From Fimbriosthenelais zetlandica (lineage: Eukaryota): a DNA stretch of 64,000 nt. Positions within the stretch are counted from its first letter, which is position 1. Each line of letters opens with the position of its first letter. The notes under the pieces were generated by a model. The model was not told where the DNA came from and did no database searches. It was given only the letters and a program-made list of their open reading frames with translations. The position numbers and the translations under genes are program-made. This document shows positions 23,101-35,300 of this stretch, in pieces. The stretch covers positions 52,452,001 through 52,516,000 of the forward strand of contig OZ365110.1 in assembly GCA_977030845.1 (NCBI GenBank), in the 5' to 3' direction.

Positions 23101-24847
23101 TAGATCATTTACCATTTCCATTTTTTGTTATTAAAGAGAATTAATATAATTAAGAGGATGAAGTGATCCACCTTGAGAGCGGCAGTACCAGCGTATTGCC
23201 GACTAATGGCGTCACCATTGTTAGCCCACATTTGTTGGTAGAGGAACCTGAACTTGACCGACAGTTCTTCATCGGGTGGCAAGAGCCCCAGCTTCCGGCA
23301 CTGAAAAGAAACCAATAATTTCACTCATAAATTTGATCCAACTGTTTGTCTATGTAATATGACAAAAATACCAGTTTCGGACTGATCACTCAATTTCGGA
23401 CTGAGGGGCAGTTAAAATGTATAGCCGGGACTCCACTGCTGCGACAGTGCTTGCGACACTACTGCGACAAAGGTGATGCTTGTGAAGTTGTGTAAGAATA
23501 ACATTTCTAAATTGTGATTCAAGTGTCCAAGGCCTTAAGGCCGTCCTCCAATGGTAAATTTATCATTGAAACACAAGCATCAACTTTGTCGCAGTAGTGT
23601 CGCAAGCAAAATCGCAGCAGTGGAGTCCCCGCTTAAGACTGACCTGAGTTTCTAGTATGACTCTGGCGATGGCAGACTGTACAACGTTAGTTCTGTCCAG
23701 GCAGTCCACACAGTTCACCCTGAACACGCCTGCCTGCGCACAGATCAAACCCTTCTTATCGACCCTAGGAAAAAGAGACCAGATTAGTACATAGATATCA
23801 TGATTGTAACATTTGCAAAAAGTCACTTAGGAGAACATTTTATCTCCCTCCCATTTTAGCTCCCCTCACTCTCTTCTCTCACTGTCTCTCCCTCCCTGTC
23901 GGTCTCCTTCCTGGTGTTGTACAATAAAATCGTCGATGGTGAGGGATCGGCGAGGGTGCCCTCGCGGTGCGATTAAATTGTTGAAGTGCTGTTTTTTTTC
24001 TAAAAAGTGCTTGGATAACTGCGTGTTAATGCATTGTCCACGCACTGTTTTCTCAAAAACAATGCTTGGACAATGCAATTGCTCCGCGAGGGTACCCTCG
24101 CCGATTCCTCGCCATCGACGATTTTATTGTACAACAGGGGGATAGTCTGTCTCTCTCCAGCTCTCTTACCAGCAGTATCTGATGTCTTTGATGACGTCTT
24201 TGATGTTGTCTATGAGGACGGACACGTTCTCGAACCTCATACCCCGGCAGTACTCGTGAAAGTCGAAGGCGATGTACACGAGGTTCTCATCATTATAAGA
24301 AACCACGTGATGTAAATAGGCGTCAGCCAGGTTCTTTTCTTTACCAATCTGGAACGATATCAGTTAAATAAGCAAAACACATACATTTAGATGTTACAAT
24401 GACTCATGAAAATACACGTTTCAAGTCTGGGACTTGAAATGTAAGAAAAAACTTGGTAAATTCAGGTCAAGACTATGACTGGCGTATGGGCTTGGTTGCC
24501 CTAATAAGATTCCCTTTCAGGCTTTTATCTTTTTTTATATATTTTAAAATATACTTTGAGGCTAATACCAGGTCAAACGTAGCATCTAGCCATGAGCGGG
24601 GGAGTTGACAGATCAGAATATAAAAGCCTCAGTGTTTGCTTGGATTCAACAAACCAAATGTATGTGGGGATGTCTGGGGAGGCCAGGAGGTGGGGGGGGG
24701 GGGGGGGAGGAGGGGGAGGGGATGAATGGAAAAGTGGAGTAAAATGCCTACTTACTTGATCCACGAGGTTGACGATGGCCACTCGGCCGTACTGGCCCAC
24801 CTCGCGGGTACAATGGGCCACAAATGCTTCATGGTTCTCCTTCTCTC
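18738..24847 (-). CDS. INPP5F: Phosphatidylinositide phosphatase SAC2 (INPP5F) orthologue, 5'-incomplete: 11 exons encoding ~896 aa
   Basis: Exons in transcript order 24756-24847, 24170-24348, 23644-23764, 23172-23300, 22574-22644, 21787-22047, 21290-21361, 20837-20910, 20601-20756, 20379-20469, 18738-20184 join in phase. SAC motifs IVNLVDQ, FDFHEYCRGMRFENV, catalytic CX5R(T) [45 protein letters not shown]; hSac2 region GGWGLIDCDP, YDDEID..KIEIGP; SAC2-like terminus SPFSKL..CKTRIILL. Confidence 0.92.
20186..20304 (+). repeat. 60-bp perfect tandem duplication at the last SAC2 acceptor
   Basis: tgcacaaacagaaatacagtg..gttagtcctga at 20186 and 20246. Confidence 0.95.
20379..20469 (-). CDS. INPP5F: SAC2 exon
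   Basis: SLRAVCESFNAAL..IIDTKLER; phase 1-2. Confidence 0.88.
20601..20756 (-). CDS. INPP5F: SAC2 exon (hSac2 region)
   Basis: GPAPSIFKSRHVCLRIWY..SGFFHMFR..EEEAR. Confidence 0.9.
20837..20910 (-). CDS. INPP5F: SAC2 exon (hSac2 region)
   Basis: YDDEIDTVTSYQKIQLDQLEKIEI. Confidence 0.9.
21290..21361 (-). CDS. INPP5F: SAC2 exon (hSac2 region)
   Basis: SGDPTQQDMDMILLLSQRAYYIA; phase 2-2. Confidence 0.9.
21787..22047 (-). CDS. INPP5F: SAC2 exon
   Basis: YYRNQFKDIYRQATIDLMLG..EACLGGWGLIDCDP. Confidence 0.93.
22063..22381 (-). mobile_element. Retroposon-like insertion with (ATTC)17 tail in a SAC2 intron
   Basis: (GAAT)17 at 22060-22127 on +, followed by gatttaacgcc, resembling the other SINE tails; 15-bp direct repeat CTGTTACAAAAGGAA at 22048-22062 and 22382-22396. 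Confidence 0.65.
22574..22644 (-). CDS. INPP5F: SAC2 exon (71 nt)
   Basis: [24 protein letters not shown]; not in the ORF track. Confidence 0.95.
23172..23300 (-). CDS. INPP5F: SAC2 exon
   Basis: [31 protein letters not shown]. Confidence 0.95.
23423..23633. mobile_element. MITE family A copy 2, in a SAC2 intron
   Basis: Closely matches 14169-14368 and carries 11 extra bp; TIRs intact. Confidence 0.8.
23644..23764 (-). CDS. INPP5F: SAC2 catalytic exon
   Basis: [25 protein letters not shown]; CX5R(T) motif intact. Confidence 0.95.
23909..24141. mobile_element. MITE family B copy 1, ~50-bp TIRs
   Basis: gttgtacaataaaatcgtcgatgg..gagggtgccctcgcgg versus ccgcgagggtaccctcgcc..cgattttattgtacaac; near-identical copy at 57036-57267. 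Confidence 0.85.
24170..24348 (-). CDS. INPP5F: SAC2 exon
   Basis: IGKEKNLADAYL..YIAFDFHEYCRGMRFENV..IRYCW. Confidence 0.93.
24756..24847 (-). CDS. INPP5F: SAC2 exon (first one visible)
   Basis: tttttcag|EKENHEAFVAHCTREVGQYGRVAIVNLVDQ|gtaagt; starts in phase 1, so an upstream coding exon is required. Confidence 0.9.
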
Positions 24848-27395
24848 CTGAAAAATACAAACCAGCAAAAGTATGTTACTCATGGCTTGTGGGATTAAAA
24901 TTAAACTTAAGTTAGTTTTTAAACAATGAATCATGTCAGTATGGTAAACCATTCTCAGGTTGTGATTTATATAACGGACAAATTTATAAGCATTAATAAC
25001 TCAATTCCTAATAATAGGAATGATAATGGAAAGAGAAACACTTGAAACTATGTAGACAGTAAGGCACAATGGCAAGATAAGGATGTTTTATGACCAATAT
25101 ATTGATAAACTATCTGTCAGACAAGATAAAGATATAGATATAGCAGAATCTGATATGATAATCAGACACTATCTTTCCACTCCATTCCTACTGGCCTTTT
25201 CTGTTTTTTCACATTCTTAAATGCCCAAATGTGTGAGCCTCACGAATGAATTGAACCCAATTTAAACCTACCAATTACTATAATAATTTTGCCTGCAGTA
25301 GGTCTAGAAACGTGTGGATAAATGTTTTTGTATAAATCATGTTAGGGATAATAGTGTGGGATGCGGGTAATCAATACTAAAGCTGTATTACAAACTACTA
25401 TGTAAGTATTATGTGGATAAGTAGCAGCAAAGTATAGACCAAATCAGATTATCACCGGAAGGTTATCATTCCATATATTATAGCTTTCAAAAGTGGCATC
25501 ATGTCCACCACCTGATCATGAGTGATCGGAATATGAATCAAATGTACTTGTATACAATGTATGCATATTGTAAAAATCGTGATGTTTCCTGTTTTATCCA
25601 ATATTCGTAGGGACTTTATTTTTAGCCTGCTTTATATCATTGTATCTTTTAGGCTAATAGAATCTAAAGTTAGCACCGGAAATCATGAAAGAAAAACGAG
25701 GACTATAAAAATGTACATTCCCTATTATCAACATGACCACACGAGTGGTGCTAAAAATAATACAAATGTGTCTATGTACATACAATTCAGATATAATACC
25801 CACTTGACCGCCCCACCTCTCCTAGGCTTGGACTTTAACATTTACAGGCTTTAAGTAAATAAAGAATTGAAGTTTGGAGTTACCGCTTTCATGGGAATGG
25901 TTACCATGCCTGACCGTTTATTGATTTTGACTTGTAAATATCCTATCTTATAATGGATGTTGAAATTGGCAGAGCAAATGAGACAAGTTAAGTGTTAGAA
26001 ATTATAGCCACAGGCGTGGATAGAATTGGCAAAGTTCCAGATATGTTGAGTTTAAATTGGAACGATGGAGCAAGATTAAAAATATATTTTTTCGAAATGA
26101 GCAAAGAGATTATTGATTTAATAAATCCTCTAAGACATACAGAGAATTCTTTGTATGCTATGCACCTGTAAGCTTTCACGTTGCAATGAATGTATTTACC
26201 GAGGTAATGGATAACACTATACTCAATTATATTCTCCAATAATTTTTCCTGTAATGCATCAAGTAAACCAGGAACAGTGTAATTCATTCATGCCCCCCTC
26301 GCAGGACATTTTAATATTTTTTAATTGGTACTCATCAGGAATATGTCCACTAGGGAAGAAATTGAAGGCAGTTTTTAAATGAGGTCTTGACCCAAACTTT
26401 GACCCAAGGACATAGTTGTTTTTCCTCCGCTAAAACCAATCAAAAAAGGATCTTTGTGGCTGCGGAGGTGGAAAAAGCTATCAGGGAGAAAATGATCACA
26501 AACCATTAAAGTGGCAACATGTGTTTAAAAAGTTTTACCACTTTTAATAAAAGGATGTGTAATCTTAGACTAAGTTAGAGAACTTAGAGTGTGGAATATT
26601 CAAAGTCATATTCAGTAGTTAATGGCATTTGTTCAAAAATAGCTAAATCTGATATAGGGTCTCTGAATACGATCAATAATAAAATAATTCACACAGGTAC
26701 CCCTTTAAGAGGAATTGATATGTACTTCAAATTTGCATATCGCATACCATACATTATTCATTTGGGAAAGCTTTTGGGGGGCAAAATAGATACAAGTACG
26801 AGGGTTCAATTTCCAGGTTGAATTTTCTACATGAATGCATATTTTATATATACATTTTCTTATTATATATGACCTCAAAACTACCCCGAACAAGCCTTTT
26901 GGTAGCGCAAGATAAAGAAAGGTCACCCTACTTTGGGAAGCGGATAATTTTTGTGTGGTCTTTTCTCCTTGTATGTTGCTCTTCACACCACCTGATTCTG
27001 GGTAGGAAGCCTACATAGTGTGGCCTACACAGGCATACTTGAGCCTTTTGGTACACTTACATCCTTCAATATCATCTAACACTATACTCTAAACATGTTA
27101 GACTAGCTCCAAGACTCCATACATCATTTCATATTTTATGGGACCAAACTCTTAAAAGTCGCGAATGGTGAATGTGTTGATATGGTGAATAACTGACTTA
27201 TTTTATTAAAGAAAACAGGGACAATGTATGATACGGTTGATGAAAATCATGCAAGATTACATTGGAGTTCCGCTCGAAAAAGGTTGATCGTACTGTTTTA
27301 TATTGACTGTCTGAAAGGACACCTTTCTAATTTATCAGATATACAGACAGAAATTCATCATATCATTTCATTCAATTATTTTCATGAAACATATA

Positions 27396-27522
27396 CCGTA
27401 TTTGCCGCGACTTTTTGCCTACCGAGGCGATTTTTTATAAGAATTTCTATACAATGCAGCGGTTTATATATTTATTTTAACCTGTGCGGCCAAGGGTTTA
27501 GTTTATACACCGGCAAATACGG
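27396..27522. mobile_element. Short Tc1/mariner-type MITE remnant
   Basis: TIR CCGTATTTGCCG / CGGCAAATACGG with TA on both sides. Confidence 0.7.
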
Positions 27523-29338
27523 TACATATAGTCATAACGAGTTCAAAAATAATATTTTATAAAATGTAAGCAAGACTAGTGAGGAGCACAATCAGACTGG
27601 GTGAGTCAAGGTGCTTCCAGCCAGTCAATGTCTGTGTTCATACAGGTTGGGTTAGCAACTGTATTGATCTCAAGTGTCTTGACGGGTTCTGAAAGGCAAC
27701 GTGGACAAAAAACAATAATGTCTCCGTCATATAATCTTAATTTTTCACATGCTTCATCCTCAAAACTGTGTATTGTCTATATATAATCTAGTGCAATACC
27801 GCAATAAAGAAGCAGCGCATTAGAACGTGCAGATTAATGTGTAGTACTGCGACATGCAGCATAATAATGTAAATCCACATATTAGGATAAGATCAGCTAT
27901 CAAGACGATCCTGAGGAATTGTTCTAAAGGTTAACAATGTTGATGAATTTATGTCAGTTTATTCATCAATAAATTGCACAGCCAATAGAGGTGGAAATAG
28001 GATATAACTGCCGTCCATACACTATTGATTAGAGACCCTATGACTAATATAAGGCATGGACAGAGCGTCTGTGAGTAAGAGGAACTGGTTGAGACTTTCT
28101 ATTAAAGGCCATAGCAGAACCAGGATATGAGGCTGATTCTGTATGTATGTCTGCCTCTGTTTGTTTCTTGTGTTTATATAGAACATGTTTATTTTCCCAA
28201 AAAATAAACACATCTGGTGATCATAGGATGCACACCCCAAGGCCATCAATGTTCTGTGAATACGTTCATTATGCTAATCTTTGGGTCAGCCAACAAAATG
28301 GACTCTTTTATATGTGAAATAAGATGTACAGGCCATTGTACAACCATAGGCTAAAGCATTGTTGTACAACGCAGCCATAGAAGGTATTAAACTCCTGTTG
28401 GGAATATCCTCTATGATAATGATAATACTATGTTATCTTTCCATCTCCAGACACACAAATAACAACAAATTGTAGAAACACATGATTAGGAACGAGATTC
28501 TGTTAAAAATATCAAACCCTATATTAAAATATTGCACAACCGAGTAAATCTAATGAAAGACCCAATTTGGATGAGAACACAAAGAAAACAAACGGTTTAT
28601 ATGTCAGACAAACCGTTATGGTGATAGACTAGTTTGTTTGCAAACACCGACATGTTATTAGTCGGACGTTAGGTTTATATCACTCTATCAATCTAAACTC
28701 AAATGAAGACTTTATGGCAGTATTTATAGTTCATTACAAACCCATAATGTTTATGATCTCCTACACTCTATATAATATAAGGATTTTGAAGAAAAGGAAA
28801 AGTTGATTATTTGGAGTAATTGGAGTAATTTGTCATGAAATATCATTTCAATAAATTCATAACTATTGAAGAAAATCCACATCAAACTGATATAATTTTA
28901 TATAAAAGGTATGTACGGTAAATCGTATATGAATTTATGTATGGGAATTAAAGTTTTGTTTCCTCTATTTAAAATAATACATTAATGCATATGTATATGA
29001 TCATATATGAGAAACCAATGTGTTTACAATCGGGTTGGTATAGTCCAGGGAGGCAGCATACATGATTGTGCGAACGCAGCCATTTTTACAGTGAGTGAGA
29101 AAGAGAGAGAGAGCGCAGAGTCCATAGATAGGGGGCAGGGAGCTGTGGGTGCAGGAGACATTGAAATCTCCTCCTACTCTCTTCTTCTATCTCCTCTTCC
29201 TTCTCTCACATAATTATACCAAGAGTGAGTGCATTAAGAGTGGAATACTCATCAGGTGTGAGCTTCTCTACCAGTCATACCGGGTTAATTAAAGCTGCTA
29301 TTAACGGATCTTTACCCATACACACATAGACGAGCAGG

Positions 29339-29393
29339 ATGGGTCAGATATATTTACTGGTCCTGGCGCTAGCCTTAGGCATAGCGAGTGCAG
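29339..29393 (+). CDS. Carbonic anhydrase exon 1 (signal peptide)
   Basis: ATG..GCA G|gtgagt; classic 18-aa signal peptide; phase 1 matches the 35893 exon across a 6.5-kb intron. Confidence 0.78.
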
Positions 29394-32300
29394 GTGAGTA
29401 CATTCAAGCGGAAAAGACTTAAAAAAACATTCAAAATCAAATGTCAACGGCTGGTATGCACCTCAAGCTGTATATAGGTACAGATATGTAAGATTCAATA
29501 AGCAGGTGTGTTTTCTAACACAATATTCCAAGCATTTCATAATCATTCATTGCTAAGGACCAACAGTCCTACTACCTCAGATTTATATAATGTACTATGC
29601 TCTTAATATGCCATGCTTATATTATGTTTGTAATAAGCTATTATTAATATTTAACATTTAATTTAATAGTTATTTTAATAATATAACAGTTACTGTCCCC
29701 TCTAGGACACCCAAGATTTCCCTTTGCCACCTTTTACAAAATAGACAATATAGATTTAAATTAAAATTTAATTTAAATTTCCTCATAAAATTGAATATAC
29801 ATGAGGTACATTTAGTACCAGGTTCTCCACTATAATTGACACAATACAGCAACACTTCATTTTCAACTGATAATATCATATTGCACTTGTGCAACGATGA
29901 CTTTGTACCAAATTAGTTTTCAAATACCATCATATAAATAGCCCATGGCATGCCGGTCACATTATTGATGTGTAGGCTGGTGTAACATAGATAATTAAAT
30001 CGACTTATCCAGAAAATCAACATGGTGTGTGCACATAGATTAATATCAGAAAGGACAATGGTTTAACATGACCTCTAGGCCATGGAGATTCTCCTCCTAC
30101 CATTGTAGACACCTGTACGCTAAGTCAGGTGCGAATCCTACACAACACTTCACGCTCAACTTTCATGGAATTTCACATAACAATTTCACTAACTGACAAA
30201 AATAACCTACGTTCTTTAAATAACTGATTTTAGCTGGATAAAATTTACATTTTGTTCATCTATAAATGCATTTAAATGTTAGATGCTCTTTAAAATTATT
30301 CACAGGTTTTTATTCATATCAATGTTAATTTGGTCGGTGGTTGGTTATTGAGGGAAAGTACGAATATTATTCACAGTGACAAAAGCAGTACAGAGAGTCA
30401 TATGACAGTTATACATGTAGGGGTTAATTTGAACATTGCCCTGTAACGGGGTGTCAAATACGATCACACAAGTCATATTATGTATAATTAAGCCCGTTCT
30501 CATAATATATTTCCACCCCTCCATGGGTCACACTCAGGGTGTCGATGTTTCCACTCTATGGTGTCTGATCAGAGAACTATAATAGTTCTATGGTCTGATC
30601 ACAAGTCGATTCTCTATTATACAGGAGGAAATTATCTTGTAAATTAAAAACCTGTGTCAATCATATGTAGGCTTATAACTGCTTTTTCAAATATTATTTA
30701 AAATAAACTGATATCAAAACTAAGGAGAAAATACTTAAACAAGCCCTGAAAGAAAAAGGAGTTAAAACGTTATTTAACGTTTAAAACGTTATTTCACGTT
30801 TAAACATTAACTTTAACATTAACAAGCCTTAACACTTCAAATAGTAACTCATCGACTAATGTAAATCAGCACAAAAGTGAATCTCAATTGTAACAATGTC
30901 AAAGCCAAAGGCTATAAAATCCTACGCAAAACATACTAAAGGGCAATGGTGACCAGGTTTTTAAACATTTCTAACATGAGTCACCGACGAAAACCTTTTT
31001 TTAACCACTCAATTGTGACTTCGGCAGATGCATTTTAGGGCATTTCCACTAAGAAACTAGTACAAATTTCAACGTTTATATTACTTGATTTTCTGACCCT
31101 GTTAGAATTGTAAGAAGTTGTTATTGTCATAAATGTCACAGGTCACAAAGGACATCGAAATAAATTCATTGACCTAGAAAATCAGCATCCTATAGTATTG
31201 AACTGAAATAATGTTTTATTATTAGCTTGAAATCCCTAAATACACGCATGACCGGTATAGAATGATAAATGTTTGGATTACTTGTTGCGGTTTGCGCCAT
31301 GAAATAAGATCAATGAGGACCATATAAAAGCTCAGTGAGTAAATAAAAACTACCATGGCCCAGGATGAAATCAAATTACAAATGTTCCACCTGAAACTAA
31401 CACAAATATCAGTATTGAGCAGATAAGGTACACTAAAAGAAATAAAACTACCAAAAAAACATAATTAATTTCCATTTCCCCTTTTTATTTCCTCTGTACA
31501 AGGATGATCATAACAACTAAACCTGTTTCGATATCATGTTTCCAACCTTTCAATGATGTGGATGTTATTACGCTAATGGATCTTATTTTTCTTGGCATTA
31601 GACCTGAAAGTCCACGGTACAAAGCTTTAGTTTCATTTGAATACCCGGCTGATTCACCATGAAAACGTTACTATCTCTCTGAACATCCTCCAGAAGCCCT
31701 TGGTGCCAGAAAAGCTCGAAGGTATAAAAAATGGTGGCTAACACTACCCACTGGCATTTCCCAAGCCAGTACACAATACATTATCGTCTGATATACATGC
31801 CTTTATAATACCGTCAGCTCTATCAGTGAGAGGAGGGGAGTTAAAGGCGGTTTACACTAGTATTGGATATACACAACACTTCTATAGTAATGTAACATGC
31901 AGCAAGTCCAATATTCAATTAATTCCAAACCTACTGATAAGCAATTGTAAATTCAACTATATGTAATATATGTATAGTATCATATAGGTCCTTTCCGGGG
32001 ATCCGTATATGACAATGAAAGGCTGACAGACATCCGATAGCTTTTAGGAATATTTTAATGAAAAAGAATAGAAGATCATAAGGTTACACTTTCTTGAAAT
32101 ACAATTGAAGTTTCCAAATTGTATAAAGGGTAGTACAGTTTGTATAGTTTGGTATTAGCAACCAGTGAATGGGGGGAATTTCCTGTTGCCTTTGAAGAAC
32201 CACATCCCAATTAGACCACTCGGGCTTGTAGGGCGTAGTTCCTTCCAACAACCTTTAGGACACTCATTAGGTATAGAGGCTTCAATTTTAGTTTTGCTGG

Positions 32301-35300
32301 TTGGGGTTTAACAGGGAAAATTGGATCATACAACAATCCTGATAAACCAAAATAAATAATCGAATTCTTCTAAATTTCTCCGTAGAAGTTAAAGGTTTCT
32401 TCCATGTTTATAAGAAGATAGGTATATTACAAATAGACACTCGACAAGTAAGGGCCATACTAATAGAGCTTGTTCCCGTTTCCTTTGCCCTAATAAACAT
32501 CAATAGTGATGGTGAGTTAGTGTGGTGGAGTCAGAAGGTCAGAAGGTTGTTTGACTGGTGGCCAAGGTAAAGGTAAGCCAGGAAGAACGCCAGTTTAAAA
32601 TTTATAACAAGAACATGACAATATTAAAACCGTAAAACAAGTAAACGTGTCAAGACCACCGAGTTTACATCTTACCCGGGAGGTATCCGAAGAAAGCCAC
32701 GTTATTTTAACTCAGAGAAAAATCATTAAGTAATAGGAAGGGCAAAGATTAAGCTTGTACTGCTGATTGGAGCAAAGATAACGCAACTTTATGTTTGAGT
32801 TAACCTTCTTAAAGAACCGAGCCATTTTACAAGATGCTGTATGTGATACCGTGTATTTCACATTAACCTGGTAATGCGAGACCTCGGGGGACATTAATTG
32901 TCGTGCTTTTATGTGGGATCGATTTATTTGCGCTTTTCACGCTTTCCTGATCCTAGTAGTTTCAACCAACTTGTACATGTCGATCATTCAATTGTGAGTG
33001 TCACCGAAATGTGGAAATACAATGTAATTAATACTGTTCATTCACATTTACTTTGAATGAAGTAACCATCTATACAGTCCCTTTAAATAAAAACATATTA
33101 AACCGACTCTGTTAAACTAGGCAATAGTGTGGACACCTTGCAACAGTAACTGTTGCAGCTGTTTTTCCCTTCGCATCCTAGACCATTCCTGTGGCAAGAG
33201 AAATGTGCTAAACCCTTTATGTACCAAATACCCTATACAAACTGTTCAACTACAAAATTGTAGTAAAATACCAATGATGCTTTTTGAAATACCAGTTAAT
33301 ATGATATTTATTACTATTAATAATATCATACTATTACACACAGAAGTAACCAAATAGTAGCGATTACAAAACACCATTACTTCTTCGTAAAGTCATAAAT
33401 TCGAAAGCAAGGTAGTTAGTATGAAGGGGTGTGGATTATTATTGTTAATCTGTATGTAGAAGGTATATTATCCCTGTAAGATTATAGCCTAAGCCAATGA
33501 AGGGGTATGTGTAATGTAGAAGCTAGAGTCTATGTAGTAAAAGTATGTCTGGAGAATAAACAAACTCAGTCTTTTCTAGGTGAGGGCTTCTGGTGAGGGT
33601 TGATGGTCGGGATAAACAGGCTCTCAGGTAGAGGGATAAACAAGAGGATGGGGTCTGTGGGCGGGCACAGATCAATGTTAATACTTCATAATGACTTAAC
33701 GAGTACATTAACAATAACATAACGTCCCTTGCTGTATCTTAATTAATTTCATATGAAATAAACTAATTATAATCATAATTTATGTACTGGTAAGTAAACA
33801 TTAGGCCTATGCGTTAAAATTGTATATATGTGAAGAAATTACAGTTTTATATATTTCTGCAATAGTCTGTTGGTTTCCTTATTCAGGGCTTGAATTTTAA
33901 GGTAAAAAAGACCTATATGTAAATAGCTCGTAGGATAGGTGGGAGGCAAACAGTCTACGAGTATCGTAGTGATACTATTTGCTCTCAGTTAAAAATAACC
34001 AAAGCAACATCCTTGACAAATGGAGACTTCACTAATCAATTCATTTGGATATATTAGCCTTTTATCGAGAACGTTTTACCAACTTAGAACACATTTCAAC
34101 AACAAATGATCACTTTTTTTCCAAAGAATAAGGATAAATATTTAAAGTTAAGTTTTTTCCCAGACTTGTTTGTATCTTATGTCACTGGGGAGTTAGCCAT
34201 TAACTTTAGCATCGAGAGAATATAGTCAGACATGTCTGTGCTCATACAAGTCAGGAAATAGAACGAACATGTCAAGTTTCCAATACAAGAATTACAAGCT
34301 ACTACAGATGTGATATATTTGGGTCGTGTTTGTGGGAAATATTTGTCTTGTGTCTCATATGAATAGAATACACACGTTTCTAATACAGATATCACACATG
34401 TATACTCATGCTCAATCTTCCCTTTCTCCTTCTCTCTCACCCTCTCTCTCCCTTTCTATCTCTTATTAGAGCCAATTCCAAGCAGTAGACAACACAAAAG
34501 ATCTTTCCTCCCTATATCTGGATCATGTTTTTACACCCATCACCTAGCCCGGGATTGGGAGTAGCGTTCGTCTATTGCCAACTTATATTAATGATACTAA
34601 TATGAAGCTAATATGCCAACCCCTCCAGCCGCCTAACACACAGTGTCAAAATGTCAACAACTGGTGAAAAGAACAAGTCTTGTGGCTAGACTGAAAGTGA
34701 CAAAAACTTAATATCCAATCAGTGAGAGATTCACTCACTCAATGGGTGGCCTCAAGGTGACTTCTGGTAAACCATCCTCGATATTGAGTAATATCATCGG
34801 CCTTTAAATTTATTTCATTGAAATGTTTCCAGCTACCGTTCACATTTATCGCTAATTGATTTGGCAACTATGGCTTTGCAGTTGGCTTATGTTTTGGTTA
34901 TTGACAAGCCATTCCATATTGTCATATACATAGAACTTCTCTAACGGAGCAAAATAGCCTAATTGGGGTTGGGCGGCATTGGGTGGGGTGGGGTGGTGGT
35001 GGGGGGGGGGGATACATCTCAGCCTCGATCCGCCACCCCTACCCCTTACTACACACTATTGACAGTGATCAAGAGTTGAACCCCTACCCCTCAACCTACC
35101 TAAACTGTCTTCGCTAACCCTAAACAACCCCCCCCCCCCCACCCACCCCACACCCATACTTCCACTGTCCACAGCGAGTAAAAGCTAAGCCCAGACCTGA
35201 GCCCCGATCTCTCAACCCTAGCCACACTGTACTCTCCCCACTGCCCCTTCCACTGCCCACAGGTCAGCAATGGTACATGACCAATGTGAGTAAAAGCTTA

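Noticed and set aside
25988-26287. 99-aa minus-strand ORF upstream of the first SAC2 exon
   Set aside because: No SAC-domain motifs and no recognisable transposon protein signature.
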